A stretch of DNA of 61,407 nt, the filler included, from Basidiobolus ranarum (Eukaryota), in assembly GCA_040143965.1 (NCBI GenBank). It is 19 parts of 19 records of this genome, joined end to end, with 100 filler letters (N's around TTAATTAATTAA, not from the genome) between each part and the next. Parts side by side here need not be neighbours in the genome. Positions count along the whole stretch, not along the records: positions 9,742 to 12,885 come from JASJQH010009573.1; positions 12,986 to 16,128 come from JASJQH010009574.1; positions 16,229 to 19,370 come from JASJQH010009575.1; positions 19,471 to 22,611 come from JASJQH010009576.1; positions 22,712 to 25,850 come from JASJQH010009577.1; 14 more parts are not named here. One strand, written 5' to 3'. Below the pieces are notes generated by a model. It did not search any database. It was given only the letters and a program-made list of their open reading frames with translations, and was not told the DNA's origin. Below, one piece after another: positions 9,742-24,005 of the stretch. Made by a program: the position numbers and the translations under genes. The number at the start of each line of letters is the position of its first letter. Position 1 is the first letter of the stretch.

Positions 9742-11005
9742 CAGCTTGGGCGAGATGGCTACTTACATGCCTATATCCGGTTCGTTCAATGCTTACGGTG
9801 CTCGTTTTGTCGATCCGGCCTTCGGTTTTGCTCTCAGTTGGAATTACTGGTATTCCTGGGCCTTGACTGTTGCTGTGGAGCTTTCCGCTGGCGGCTTAAT
9901 CATGCAGTATTGGCTTCCAAACGTGCCCAGTTGGGTATGGAGTGCTTGCTTGCTAGTAGTCATCGTAGGAATCAATTCGATTTCAGTCAAGGGTTATGGT
10001 GAAGCTGAGTACTGGTTTGCTTTGATTAAGGTAATAACAGTTGTCATCTTCATCATTATCGGTATTTTCGTTGCTGCTGGTGTTCTTGGTAATGTCAATT
10101 ACGGTACCAGAAACTTTACCACAGGAGAGGCACCATTCGTAGGTGGAGCACTTGGTGTGCTGAATGTTTTCCTGGTAGCTGGGTTTTCTTTCATGGGAAC
10201 TGAGTTGGTAGGAGTAGCAGCTGGAGAGAGTGAGAATCCCGAGAAGAACGTACCCAAAGCAATCAAACAAGTGTTCTGGCGTATCTTACTCTTTTATATT
10301 TTCGCTATTATTATCATCAGTTTCTTAGTTCCATACAATGACCCAAGATTGCTTGGCTCTGGAAGTGTTCAAGATGTTTCTATTTCTCCTTTCACTATAG
10401 TCTTTCAACATGCTGGACTTGGACCTGCAGCGGATATCATGAATGCCATTATCTTAATTACAGTCCTTTCAGCAGGCAACTCCGCACTCTATGCTTGTAC
10501 TCGTACCCTTTGGATGATGTCTAATGCAAATATGGCTCCCAGAATATTTGGCAGAGTTAATGCTCGCGGTGTTCCTATGCCTGCTTTGATACTTACTGCT
10601 ATTGTTGGATGTCTCGCTTTCTTGACCTCTCTCTTTGGAGATGGTGTCATCTACCTGTGGCTTTTACGTGCTTCTAGTACCTCTGGCTTCCTTGCATGGG
10701 TTGGTATTGCCATTAGTCATTACCGATTCCGTCGTGCATTCATCGCTCAGGGACATACCTTGGATGAGTTACCATACAGAGCAAGCTTTTATCCTCTTGG
10801 CCCCGTAATTGCTTTGGTATTATGTACTATCGTCCTTGGTGGTCAAGGGTATACCGCATACCATGGTGATGGTGTTTTCGATTGGGGAGAGTGTATTGGT
10901 GGTTACTTGGCCATCATAATTTTCGCCGCCTTATACTTTGGTTATAAGATTGTCAAGAAGACGAAGATCCACAAATTAACTGAATGTGACTTATCTCGTT
11001 ATTAG
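9742..11005 (+). CDS. APC-family amino acid permease, LysP-like (5'-truncated)
   Basis: LGEMATYMPISGSF, WNYWYSWA, GEAEYWFALIKV, GFSFMGTELVGVAAGESENP, VFWRILLFY, SPFTIVF, ISHYRFRRAF. Many TM helices and no introns in the visible part. Confidence 0.93.
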
Positions 11006-11567
11006 ATTACACATGTATTTCATATTTAGGATCAGGTTCTTATTTTTCATATCACTACCCCCATGTTATGTATACTCTACTACATTGTAAATACATCCAC
11101 ATCTTTTGAAGCTTAAGCATATACTAAGTAAATGAGTAAATGATTTTTTATTATCGAAGAACTTTACATTTGTTAGGAAGAAGTATACAGTGCTACATAT
11201 TTATGCAATTCGATACTTTGGGAATGGGTCGAGGAGATTTCTCAAATGTTTACTCGTCTTCTCTGTTCCAGTAGAAAAATAAATTCCATAAGAATCCATG
11301 AATCTGCATCTTATGTTCGATTTTCATAGTCGCAGTCTAGTTGACCCATCCGTAACATAGCCTGGAATCCAATGCGATTAGGGCTGCGACATTTGAAATT
11401 TGAAACAATACATAGCAAATCATAGATCCGTATTTATTTCTAGAGCTGATGATATTTCGTTGAATATCAAAATGAATTGGTTTTTTTTCTTTTAATTTCC
11501 TAGAGAATTATGGAAATCAACATATACTTTAAAAGTTTCATTATTACCTTGGACGAATTCCTTGAAC

Positions 11568-12885
<1,318 letters not shown>

Positions 12886-15137
12886 NNNNNNNNNNNNNNN
12901 NNNNNNNNNNNNNNNNNNNNNNNNNNNNNTTAATTAATTAANNNNNNNNNNNNNNNNNNNNNNNNNNNNNNNNNNNNNNNNNNNNCAATGATAGATGACT
13001 ACCAAACTAGTGCTACGATAGCGAATCAAATGCAACATCAGATCATGATTACACCATCCATTCCATTTGCGAATTCAATGCAAGATATGCACAGATTTCA
13101 TGAGCCCCTCTTTCCAAAAGAAACGTGGACCAGCTTATTACGGCGCCAGCTGGAGACTGATCCATCCTCCCCAAGGATGGCGTGGCCGCCACCCATTTCT
13201 ACCATATCTTCGACGACCAAACCTGGAGAAGCTATCGTTGGGCGTAGAGTTCTAAGCACTCGCCATCGGTTGATTCTCTAGATGTCCAAGCTTAGCTCAG
13301 AAGGCTAGGATGTGATGCGATGTTCTAGGAAGGCGGTCTGCATAGCACCGGGCTTGAGTCTGCCATGCAACACAGAATGGGTCCTCTGTACGATTGCAAT
13401 AAGCGCAAGCTAATTAGTTGAATCAGATCTAGAGGTTTAATTTGCAATTTGGGACTCTAGATCAATCATCTTTGAGCACCAGGCACAATAAATTACCTGT
13501 GGTACAACTCAACAAATCACTCTGCCACGCATGGGTCGCCGCGCTCTCAGATGTTGGCGTTATCGGCTATTTGGTCAAATTTGTTCCGCTTGTCATTTAT
13601 CCATACGTGTACGTTGATTTTCGCCCCGTTTGTTCAAGTGCTGAGCTTACTGAGGACAGAGAACCAATCCATAAAGCGGAGTATCCTGTTGATGCCCTCG
13701 CCTATTGATTTGTCTATTTGGAAGTTATGCGGATCTCTGTGGATCTATTTGTGGATTCCGTGGGCTAAATTTCTGTCTCTGCCTGGTGAACTCCAAACTT
13801 TCTAAATTAAGATTAGGATGCTGGAGCCTGTGACCGATACTTTTGTTAAACAAATCAATACTTTAAACAGGCTTGCTTACCTGCATCAATCATTGGTCCA
13901 TAAACGTTTACTTTTGGCTGCTTCATTCTTCTATTTCATTGTTGGTATTCTTAACCCCTACATATTTCGAACCTTTTCAATATTTATGATTATTGTTATT
14001 AAACCACGAGCTGATAATAATGTTGCCCAAAAACTGAAGAGATGTTGAAGGGTTTCAACATGTTTTTTTGGTGATATATTATGTACTACAAATTCCCCCA
14101 GTAGAGAAAGGGGTTTAAACAGAGGTACTTTTCATTTAGAAGAATGTCACAATCGACTCGATTAAGTGCCAAAATAGCAAGAATTAAAAATATATAAAGG
14201 CAGTCAGGAGTGTCTACGAGATGCAGATACTCACATATCTTAAACTAGCACAAGGTTGTATGCGCTATAAAACATTTACGTGAGTTCTCCCGACAAAATA
14301 AAGAATCTTTGATAGTTTAAAATCCGCTTTATTTCCAAGGCAGGGTGCCTTGTGTGCCTACTTCTACGGAGACATTTCTTAAAAAGTTCTATTAATCATT
14401 GGAAATCTTCATTATTAACACTCCTTTCCCTCATTGGTATTCCTCTATAGATTATTATTGTTAGTTTTTGTGGTATATAAGAATGCTGGTAAACTGAAGT
14501 GTACATGGTCTACTTGGCCCAACCTTCAAGATGGAACAGCAGACATAATCGTCACGATTAGAAAAAGAAATATCGTTTACTTGTTCAAGTGTAAAACAAC
14601 TCTATTCAAGCCCTAATAAAGGGCCATTTGAGATATATACAAGAGTTACGCAGCTCAAATGCAAAAAAATTGAGGCTGCACACCCAGTAGGACTGAACTA
14701 GAAATTTGTGTTTGAATGAACTGCTTAATAAGGATTAAACTTCAATTTCACTGTCATTACCATATCATTAGATAAGCTCATATTAACAATATTATGTAAG
14801 TTTGTGTACTTCATGCTTTCTGTAAGCAAACTAAAACATCGCTAAAATGGAGTGAACAGATGTCACCATAACTCTCCACCTCTCTCGCTGACTTGGGCAC
14901 ATGACGTCAATGGATGTTGTCATGAGTTCGCAGATTTAAATTAGATAAATCAATTAAAGTAGAATGGTGAGAAGGTAAATTTCCCGATAAGCTAGACTGG
15001 ATTTCCAGTGTGAGTATTGCTTCGTTAACTTTCTACTTACTAGAATACCTCGTTGGTTATTTTGTAAGATCCGTCGCTCACACAATCTTTTTCCCATTTA
15101 CCTAAAAACCTAATTATTTACCTTTCTTTTTGAAACC

Positions 15138-16128
15138 ATGAAAATATTATTTCCTCATTTATTGTTCTTAATAACTCTCGTTTACGCCAACCCAGCCCGC
15201 CAGCATACTTTTGGTAGTAGCAAGGATGAATTGAAAGTAATAGAGGAAGGCCTAAAAACAAAACTTATAGCTCATGCACAATATGCCGCGGCAAGTTATT
15301 GCCCACGTGAGAAAGTGGAGACGTGGGTTTGTGGAAGTCGTTGTATCGGAAAGTTAAAGTTAACTTCATATTTCACGGCTAGAATATCTGGGATGGCCGG
15401 TTATGTCGGAGTCGACGAAGAAGAGAAGAAGATTGTAGTTTCTTTAAGAGGGTAAATTGTTTCGTCGATACACCAGAGTGATGTTTACTTTGTTCTTAAA
15501 TAACCGGAATTCTTCTTTCCTTGACAATTCCTCACATAGCTCGATGAATGTTGGTAACTGGTTTCAAAACTTGCAGTTCGCCCCCTTGAATTATGAATAT
15601 CCTAATGCAAGTTCGGACACTCGAGTTTATTTTGGATTTTATGGCGCCTACAAAAGTGTGAAAAGTTCCATTCGTGAGGGATTAGAGAAAGCTGTATCCA
15701 CCCTCAAAGATTCCTCCGAGTTCGATGTAGTGGTGACCGGGCATTCCCTGGTTAGTTGACTTATTTCATTATTTCTTGCGGGTTTAACGAGGCACTAATG
15801 CTATTATATAGGGTGGGGCGGTGGCTGTATTTACTGCGCTAGATATCAAACGAAACAACATTAAGGGAAGTTTAGCAAACCAGCGCTTAAACACTGACCG
15901 ACTATTCCTTCACACATTTGGCGAGCCCCGTGTTGGTAACGAGAATTTTTCCCAGTTAGTATCTACAGCCCTCTCTACCAGATCCGACAGTGTCATTCGA
16001 GTGACTTCTGGGAATGCTCCTGTTCCCCAGATCCCACTTGAGGTAATGAGATACCAGCACCATCCGCACGAGGTCTGGATTGATGGAGACGGATATACTA
16101 TCGATTGGGTGGACCAGGAGGGTGAATA
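15138..16128 (+). CDS. Secreted class-3 (Rhizomucor-type) lipase homologue, 3'-truncated, possibly inactive
   Basis: Signal peptide; YAAASYC, IVVSLRGS, GHSLGGA nucleophile elbow, TFGEPRVGN, YQHHPHEVW. Exons 15138-15451, 15540-15750 and 15812->16128; both introns are GT-AG and restore the motifs. Confidence 0.9.
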
Positions 16129-18970
16129 NNNNNNNNNNNNNNNNNNNNNNNNNNNNNNNNNNNNNNNNNNNNTTAATTAATTAANNNNNNNNNNNNNNNN
16201 NNNNNNNNNNNNNNNNNNNNNNNNNNNNCGATACCAGCCACTTCTCTGGCACCGCTTTTTCTACACAAGAACCCTCCTAAATCACCTATCCATCGGCCAC
16301 TCCTCAAATAGCGCTTTCAAACCACCCCATCTGTTCCTTTTCTTCAAGTAGTCTTCAAACTTGGCATCGCTTCCTTTCAAAATCGCCAACAAAACTGTAC
16401 GATCGGTTTGTTACTGGGATCCATGTTATCGCTTACGGCTTGACCAATGAACTTGATTAGTTAAAAAGAACGTAAATATACTGCACACACAATCTACACC
16501 TGTATAATAAATAAGGCTTTCTGGAAGATTATTACATGAAGTAGCTATAAATCGTCTCAATCTATCCCCCTCATATTAATCGTAGCTCTATGGTTTAATA
16601 CCAAGTATCCAATATAGGATCTCTATTGAACTCGCAATGAATACCTAGCCTAGCGATTGGCAAGTTCTTAACAAAGAAGCTCTATCAACAATTGATCTGA
16701 TTCAGCTAATTTCAAAAAAATCAGTTTTAAGAGAAACGAAGGCGAATACAGGTGTGTTGCATACAACAAATCGTACCGTATCAAGTCACCCAAACATTGA
16801 CGTCATAGGGCGGACTCTAAATCTAGCTCGTGATAGGCTAGATTAATATATTACATTTATGATCATCATGATTTTCACGAGATCTCCATCTATTTATGTG
16901 CTTCGGAATCTCCCGAGCACTTTGGAAATCAATCCAGCGCAGCATGCGCCAAAAAGAGTAGCACCTAAGCTAGCTCGCGCAGCATTACCGGTTCAACCAA
17001 ACGAAGGAAGAGGACAGCACTGAATAGCAGGGTCGGGTGTCCCGAATGGATCCCAATTAGCAAAGAAATATTGAGCAATTTCCTACTAACCTATGAATGA
17101 ACATTGGAGTAACCGAAGAACGCGACCCGTCGTTTTCCAATCATCAGATCAGATTGGATTGGATTATCAGTTGATTAAATCTCTGTGAGTGTATGCTGGA
17201 TAGGCTCTCGAGTTCTACATAATGATCGGTAAAAGCCGCACAAGGATGCTTTGAAAATATCCCTGTGTGACATCACCTTGTTGTTTCTCAAGTCGAGGAA
17301 ATTCTTCCACCTGATCTCACGTGTGTTGGGATGGCTACTATCGAATGGGAAAAGTATACGGTGATACGGACCTCGCTCTACAAACCTGACTGATAGAATG
17401 CAAGCCATCAAGCATTAGACGAATGTCAAAGCAGAAAAGGATTCTTCTGGAATGCTAGGAATCCTTATTTTCCAAGATTTACTTTCAATACCGGCTTTGG
17501 GTCACTTAATGCCCAAAGGAAACAGGAAGTTAGCGCATAAGGTCACTAGATAAAGTTTCATGTTTCCTTGATTGTGCTATGCTTGGGAAACCATATGCTT
17601 TGACTCACACATGGTGGTATCAAGCTCTGGATTACATGTCGTCTTACATGAAAATATGCATATCTCGTGGGAAATCTTGGTCTAGACATTTGACTAAAGC
17701 GGATTTTAGTTTTACTGCTCGGGTTACTCAGAAATCTTCCTACAGTACGCATATGGCGAGGAGTGATTGTTGTCTCGCAGTATTTTAGATAATGTCCATT
17801 AGGGCTCCGATTTGGGTGAAGTTGGAATGTGTTATGGCCATTAGAGGTTACTGGAATTCATCAATTAATCTTGGCCTAAATCTCGGTAGAATAGGATCAT
17901 AGAAATGTACACTTAGCTAACCCTGTAGAATAGTAGAATGAATGGGATTGATTCCCTATATCAAGAATCGGTTTCAATATCAACTCTGGGGAAACCTTGG
18001 ATGGGATTTCCATTAGGGAAAATTCATCGTAAAAAAGAGATGGTTTCACTTATAGGGTATCCTGATCACTCACCTAGCATCGGTTAACCCTCTCATGAAT
18101 GACCCCTTGGGTGCTACAATCTGATGTGGTGTTTCATGGGAAGTGGTTCTTACGATACGGTCTTCACTTACCCACCCTACCTTCTGAGAGTTGGATGGAT
18201 GTCCTACCAGTCGCAGTCATACCGACTACAGAGAGAACAGGGAATGTGAAAGAGAAATTACTTCTAAAGAATCAAAGTATCCACCAGGATCAGATCAAAG
18301 GGTTGATAACCATGTGCTGGAGGTAGCAAAGGAATTCGAATAAACTTTGTGTATCCAGTGATAAATAAACCCATAATCAATCATTGGATTAGCATTGAAT
18401 TTGGCCCATTAAGAGTTTGACCAAATTTTACCTACAGCAACGGAATTATTATTGTTTCTAATCTGACTAAAGAATATTCAATAACATTTACCATTAAGAA
18501 TATTAGTCATTCTTGTGATTATGATTTAATAGTGGATTCAGGTGAAATAAGTGCTGTTTACATATGACAGAGTCTTTATATTGGAGAGTAAAGATTACTC
18601 TAGGGAGCCCTTTAAGTGAGTCAATCAAAGCCCTGCATTCTTCCAAGTCAAGTAGATGTGGTTGTTGGGCTGATAAAAGTATAAAATAGTAATCACTTGG
18701 GGTGGTCATATTGGTTCTTGAGATTACTGTATTCTATTTGTGAAGTCAACTCCCTTCAGCAATCAGTTGACTTTACTTGGGAATATGTTCAGTGGATTAG
18801 GTCAATTCCACCACTATACACTAATGATATGAATACTCTGTGAGTTACTTGATAGCTAACTATGATCACATATGACTATAAGAAAAGCATTCATTTTGAT
18901 CTTGTAATATATTGCTAGAAAATCATTCAGATATTATTGCACAGGAGTAAAATTTGAGATTCACATCTTT

Positions 18971-19318
18971 TGTTCAAATTAGCATTGCCTAAGCACCTAT
19001 ATAGTCATATATAGCTTAGTACTTAGTTATCTTATAATTCACTAAGATATTATCAATTATTCTCAATTGGAATTTACTTGGAATATTTTTACCAACTTAG
19101 AGTTTCTCAGATATATAGAATTTTCTAACTTGTGCAAGAGGCCCTATGCTTTGCACACATGCTCCTGAGACCTTCCTTAAAACATTCTATTTGTTTATTT
19201 GCTTACTTCTTGACAGAACTATAAATGTCAACTTTCAACTCAATAAATCAATAAGTGAAAACCACCAATTCCTATAATTCTCCAAACCACTTCCAACAGT
19301 CTCCCAAATACTTTCACA
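18971..19318 (+). repeat. Solo copia LTR (family A) with perfect 5-bp TSD
   Basis: TGTTCAAATT...TTTCACA flanked by TCTTT on both sides. Confidence 0.92.
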
Positions 19319-19470
19319 TCTTTTAAACTACTCTTTAGTACTAAAATGTTGAAGTGCTTTGGGAGTTTGTNNNNNNNNNNNNNNNNNNNNNNNNNNNNNN
19401 NNNNNNNNNNNNNNTTAATTAATTAANNNNNNNNNNNNNNNNNNNNNNNNNNNNNNNNNNNNNNNNNNNN

Positions 19471-19580
19471 CACCAAAATGTATAAATGCTTAATTTCTGG
19501 TCAATAAGTAATTATCTCACAAAGCTATTCACAACTCCACTTTTCTAAAGTTCCTCCAAACAGCCCATATTTTCCCAATA
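19471..19580 (+). repeat. 3' part of LTR family C
   Basis: Matches 51630-51727 and the reverse complement of 21509-21620. Confidence 0.75.
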
Positions 19581-20527
19581 GTTGTCAGTATTACCATATG
19601 CTAATCAGATTAATAATGTATCAGCAAAATCAGTGATGGATGTAATGCAATGGGTTAAAGAGACTTCAGAGTATATTAACCTTCCAACAAAGGGCTCTTT
19701 TCAATGTGCTCACTGGTTTTCACATTGTTTGAGCACAATAACAGCAACAAAGCCCAATCCATGGACAAAGAGTAAGTACCTCTACAATTTGGACTAATTT
19801 ATGTGTGTAATAATCTGATGGTATTTCTAGGAAAGCTACAAGACAGACTTCTTGGTGAGATAGATGGAGATATGCAATATTATCATTTTAGCCATGATGT
19901 AATCTAATTAAGCACTGACACATCTACTTGTGGCGGAACATTGGTTGACTGCATATTGGGGACGTATTGGCTGAATTTGTTTTGGAAATTTGCCAAAATC
20001 CAAGAGCTTATTTTCATTGTGAATGGTAATTAAAGTCAGCTATTTACCCAGTGTCAGTGCTATTCAAAATTCCAGATGTTTAGCAATTTTTCCACCATTA
20101 GGTTGCTGGTAAAGCATATTGATGTTGTTGGGTTATGTCTGATCAGTCAAGTATGTGTATATGTAGAGACTAAACACAACAAGATTCTTGAATTTTTTGA
20201 TTCTCATTATGGCAGGAATACAAAGCGTAAAATAACTAAATAAAGGCATGCATTTTGATTTGAATTCCTACAGCAGTAAGCCCAGTAATTTGTCATTCAA
20301 AAGTTATATTTTGCAAGAATTGCCAGAAATTAACAATGCATGCCAAATATGTGGATCAATATCTTAACATGTATGAATACCATTGTAATACCATTAAGAA
20401 ACCACCATCACATCATCAAAATCCCTGGCAGAATGCAAGCCACCAATATTGTGATGGTTCTCTGATGGTTTGGCAATCTTGAAGGGTGGATCTGATCCGG
20501 ATCAAATCAATTTTATTTTTGTTAGGG
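19581..20527 (+). mobile_element. CACTA transposase C-terminus and right terminal repeat
   Basis: PYANQINNVSAK...ETKHNKIL...K* as in the other copies. Ends GGATCAAATCAATTTTATTTTTGTTAGGG. Confidence 0.8.
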
Positions 20528-21422
20528 TATGTTTGGAGAGGGAAATTTTAGAAACCATGAGTTTCTCTAGGAATGATAATCACATTGCAATGTCAAACTT
20601 TCTGGTGAAGAAATAATTGGCACCTTGACAGAAGAATATGCTGGTTACAATGTCCATAGATCTTGATCAAGTACTAAAGCTTCTTTGATCAAAAACAACT
20701 GTATACTCAACCAGTAGGGTCTTGACAACAATACACTTAGAGCAATTATCCAAAGGTGGAAGATACCTTTGCCTTAGCAGGGAAGCTTGGGAATGATGGG
20801 TTATAAGAGGGAAGCCAACCTTTGGGGGTTTCAAGGCTGGAGAACAGGGTTGGAGAGAAGTCTACAGGCAAGTGTAAGTAGTCTGATCAAACTGTTGTAA
20901 TAAGGAACTGGGCAAGGACTGGAAACCACAACTAGAGGCTAGAAGGCAGGAGAGTACTTAGGAGTTAACCACAAGACAAGACTGGACAGGGAAGATACTT
21001 GGGCAAGAATCTTTATTGATAACTGGTGTTGAACAGACCAAGGTCTGATCAAGGAATACACAGAGGGTATATAAATATTGCAGGGTGAAACATGATATAC
21101 AGAATAGGGAATATACAGTGGCAAGTCAAGTGTTGGGGTGTTGGGGATTACATTATAGAGGACTGATACAAAGGGGGATGATGTAAGGATGCTTGGGTGA
21201 CCTTCCATGGAAGGTCTTGGCAGAAATACACTATGTGTGGGATGATATGATTGGTTAGGTTTCATGAAATGTTCCAAAGAACATGACTTCCATATAAGGT
21301 AACCTTAATAAACTAACACAAGAATGCCAAGAAGGGATGGCACAGCAGATAAGATATCATAATCTAATAATAGAAGAGCTCTATTTGCAGTGGATGAGTA
21401 TGTAAAGATCAGAATCATGAAA
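20528..21422 (-). mobile_element. Full family D LTR (20896-21422) with adjacent internal leader and possible gag start
   Basis: 527-bp LTR ending TATTACA, with a TATA-like box (about 21073) and AATAAA (21012-21017). No tRNA-type PBS. The gypsy assignment is tentative because no pol is visible. Confidence 0.6.
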
Positions 21423-22347
21423 TAAACAATAAAACAACCCATGAACTCATTTAAAAAGCCATTTGGTGGAAGGATAGTATACACTGGAGTCTCCTTAACT
21501 CACTGCATTATTGGGAAAATATGTGCTGTTTGGAAGAACTTTAGAAAAGTGGAGTTGTGACTAGCTTTGTGAGATAATTGTTTATTGTCCAGAAATAAAG
21601 CATTTATACTTTTTGGTGGAAATACAGAAAACTAACACTGGGATTTTGTTCAGAACATCTGTTGGAGTAAAGTGAGCTATCTTTGGGGCAATTTGGATGA
21701 GTTTGAAATTTACAATATGGAATTGCTAATTCTCACATTATTCACATATATATATAATATGTGTTCTGATTTTCAGCCATGTGATATTTGACTAAGTACT
21801 GTGAACTAACTTATATGTGATATATGATATAGTTGGGTGTATAAAGATAGAGATAGAATGTATGATAAATACAATAAACTTCAACATGCATTACATCCAT
21901 TACTGATTTTGCTGATACATTGTTAATCTGATTAGCATATGATAATACTAACAATTTTACGTACAGCATATTTTCTCTTCAGGTATGCTCCATTAGGAAC
22001 TCCCAGAATGCATAGCAAGGACCTGTAATCTCTAAGCATTGTGAAAGATGTGGTAGGGAATATATTGATTACTGGCTTGATTCAGTTTGTCTTCTTCAAA
22101 CCTTTAATAAAATTTGTTATATCCAATCACAAAACCTTTGTACAGTTGCTGTATCTGCCTGAGATATGCCAACATGAGTTAATGCCATAAGAATCTATTA
22201 AAATATGAACAAATAACTCCCAATGTTGCTAATACTTATCAGGCAGGAATCTTTTCAAGATTCCACTTGAATATATACACATTCAATACTTCCAGTCTTT
22301 GCATTTAAATAAACAGCTAGATGAGTGGATATTGATGGAAGTCTGGG
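21423..22347 (-). mobile_element. CACTA transposase fragment interrupted by a solo LTR
   Basis: Homologous to 27600-28100 and 36440-36950 (W-F-ME-C motif region). Confidence 0.8.
21509..21886 (-). repeat. Solo LTR (family C) with perfect 5-bp TSD
   Basis: TGTTGAAGTTTATTG start on the minus strand, flanked by TGCAT on both sides. The empty site CCATTGCATTACATC is seen near 36487. Confidence 0.92.
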
Positions 22348-22611
22348 TGTGATGATTTTGATCTTGGCATACTGATCCACTGCAAATAGAACTCTTCTGT
22401 TATTAAATTATGACATCATATCTGCTGTGCCATCCCTTCCCGGCAATCTTGTGTTAGTTTATTAAGGTTACCTTATATGGAAGTCTTGTTCTTTGGAACA
22501 TTCCATGATACCTAACCAAGCATGTCATCCCACACATAGTGTATTTCTGCCAAGACCTTCCATGGAAGGTCACCTGATCATCCTTATATCATCCCTCTTT
22601 GTATTGGTCCT
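22348..22611 (+). repeat. LTR family D, 5' part, inserted in a CACTA transposase
   Basis: Starts TGTGATGATTTTG; reverse complement of 21170-21422. Confidence 0.8.
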
Positions 22612-22711
22612 NNNNNNNNNNNNNNNNNNNNNNNNNNNNNNNNNNNNNNNNNNNNTTAATTAATTAANNNNNNNNNNNNNNNNNNNNNNNNNNNNNNNNN
22701 NNNNNNNNNNN

Positions 22712-22836
22712 TGCATCCCCCATACCCCCTGCTTTCTTTTTATACTGGGAGGACTGCGTCCCCCAGACCCCCTCTTTTCATCCTTACCCTCCCTTACCCT
22801 TACCAGAACATCTATACCCTAAACCCTAACCCTTAA
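22712..22836 (+). repeat. C-rich tract with degenerate telomere-like CCCTTA/CCCTAA units
   Basis: ccttaccct cccttaccct tacc...taccctaaaccctaacccttaa near a contig end, preceded by two C-run motifs. Confidence 0.4.
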
Positions 22837-24005
22837 TATGAAAAATATCTAATTCGTTGCTTGTAATTATCAACTGCTGTATTGCACACGACGATATTAC
22901 ACACTAACGAAATTGTCTAATAAACTTGAGTTTGGCGAACACTCTTGGGATCTAGATTGTTTCTAGATTGAGATTACGGATCTTGACTCAGTCAGGTGTG
23001 CGTATTTGCTAGTTACATTCAGGATGATAGCTAATCTGAGTATAACTAGATCTAAAATCCTGCTGAGACAGATTCTTTTGCAACATCGATTGGTGTAATA
23101 GAGTACAATGCGTACTACAGCAGTTTTGGATCGTGCTAATTTATATCTAATGCAATAATTATGCTCCAAGTAATCGCATATACTAACCATAATAATGGAC
23201 TATATGCAATGTATCTTATTTACCTAATGCAACGGAAATGCATCATTCATACTGATGCTGAATTCAACTTTGATAAGGTATACTACTCAGTAAATGCAAA
23301 GCCTGCCAATAACCTTACTCCTTCGAACTGATCTCTGAACACTGCGGAGTAGTGGTATTTTTTTCATTGTAAGAAACACTCAAAAGCCCGCAATAATAAG
23401 TTTGCACTTGCTGTAGTACTACAATAAAAAAATTGAGTATATTCCTAGCGCCATGTGATCCTTATTGTAATATTCTTTGAGTAATAAATAACTATTGGCA
23501 GCATCCCCCATGCAGGATAGGTAACCGAGTGGGCAATTCGGGGTAATTCAAACTATGCTCAGACATGGCTCAACAGAACATTCTTTTGTAACTTGTTCAC
23601 AACACGGAATATCAGCCTTCTTAAACACGGCTCTCTATTCAGTTGAGCATCTGGTATTAGTACCTGTCAATGCATAGTACAAATTTACTGTATACCCAGA
23701 TGTATTAATGTCTTGTATATTCTCTGAACCAGTAACTTCTCCCTTGTACGTTATATCTAATTGGAGCTCATTGATGGCTACTATTGCTTCTTTCTGAGTG
23801 CATGATTAGATGAATATAACATTGGCCACAACTTCAGCCAAACCAGTATCTTCTTCCAATGTTTGTACATTTTTTGGATTACTAGGGTTAAGCCATGATA
23901 ATTGAATTTATATCGACATTTCTCGCATCGGTTCATTCTATAAGCATCAGAAACAGACTATAAGTACAACAGAGATCAACATGTTTCTTGATTATTCATA
24001 TTCTA

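Noticed and set aside
12988-14616. Short ORFs upstream of the lipase
   Set aside because: No recognisable motifs or consistent exon structure in any frame I read.
16229-18790. Short ORFs in contig 6
   Set aside because: No family motifs recognised; these may be decayed genes but I cannot support a call.
23490-23900. Long minus-strand frame with two stops (SWLNPSNPKNVQTLEED...)
   Set aside because: It looks like a decayed ORF but I cannot assign it; needs tBLASTx.
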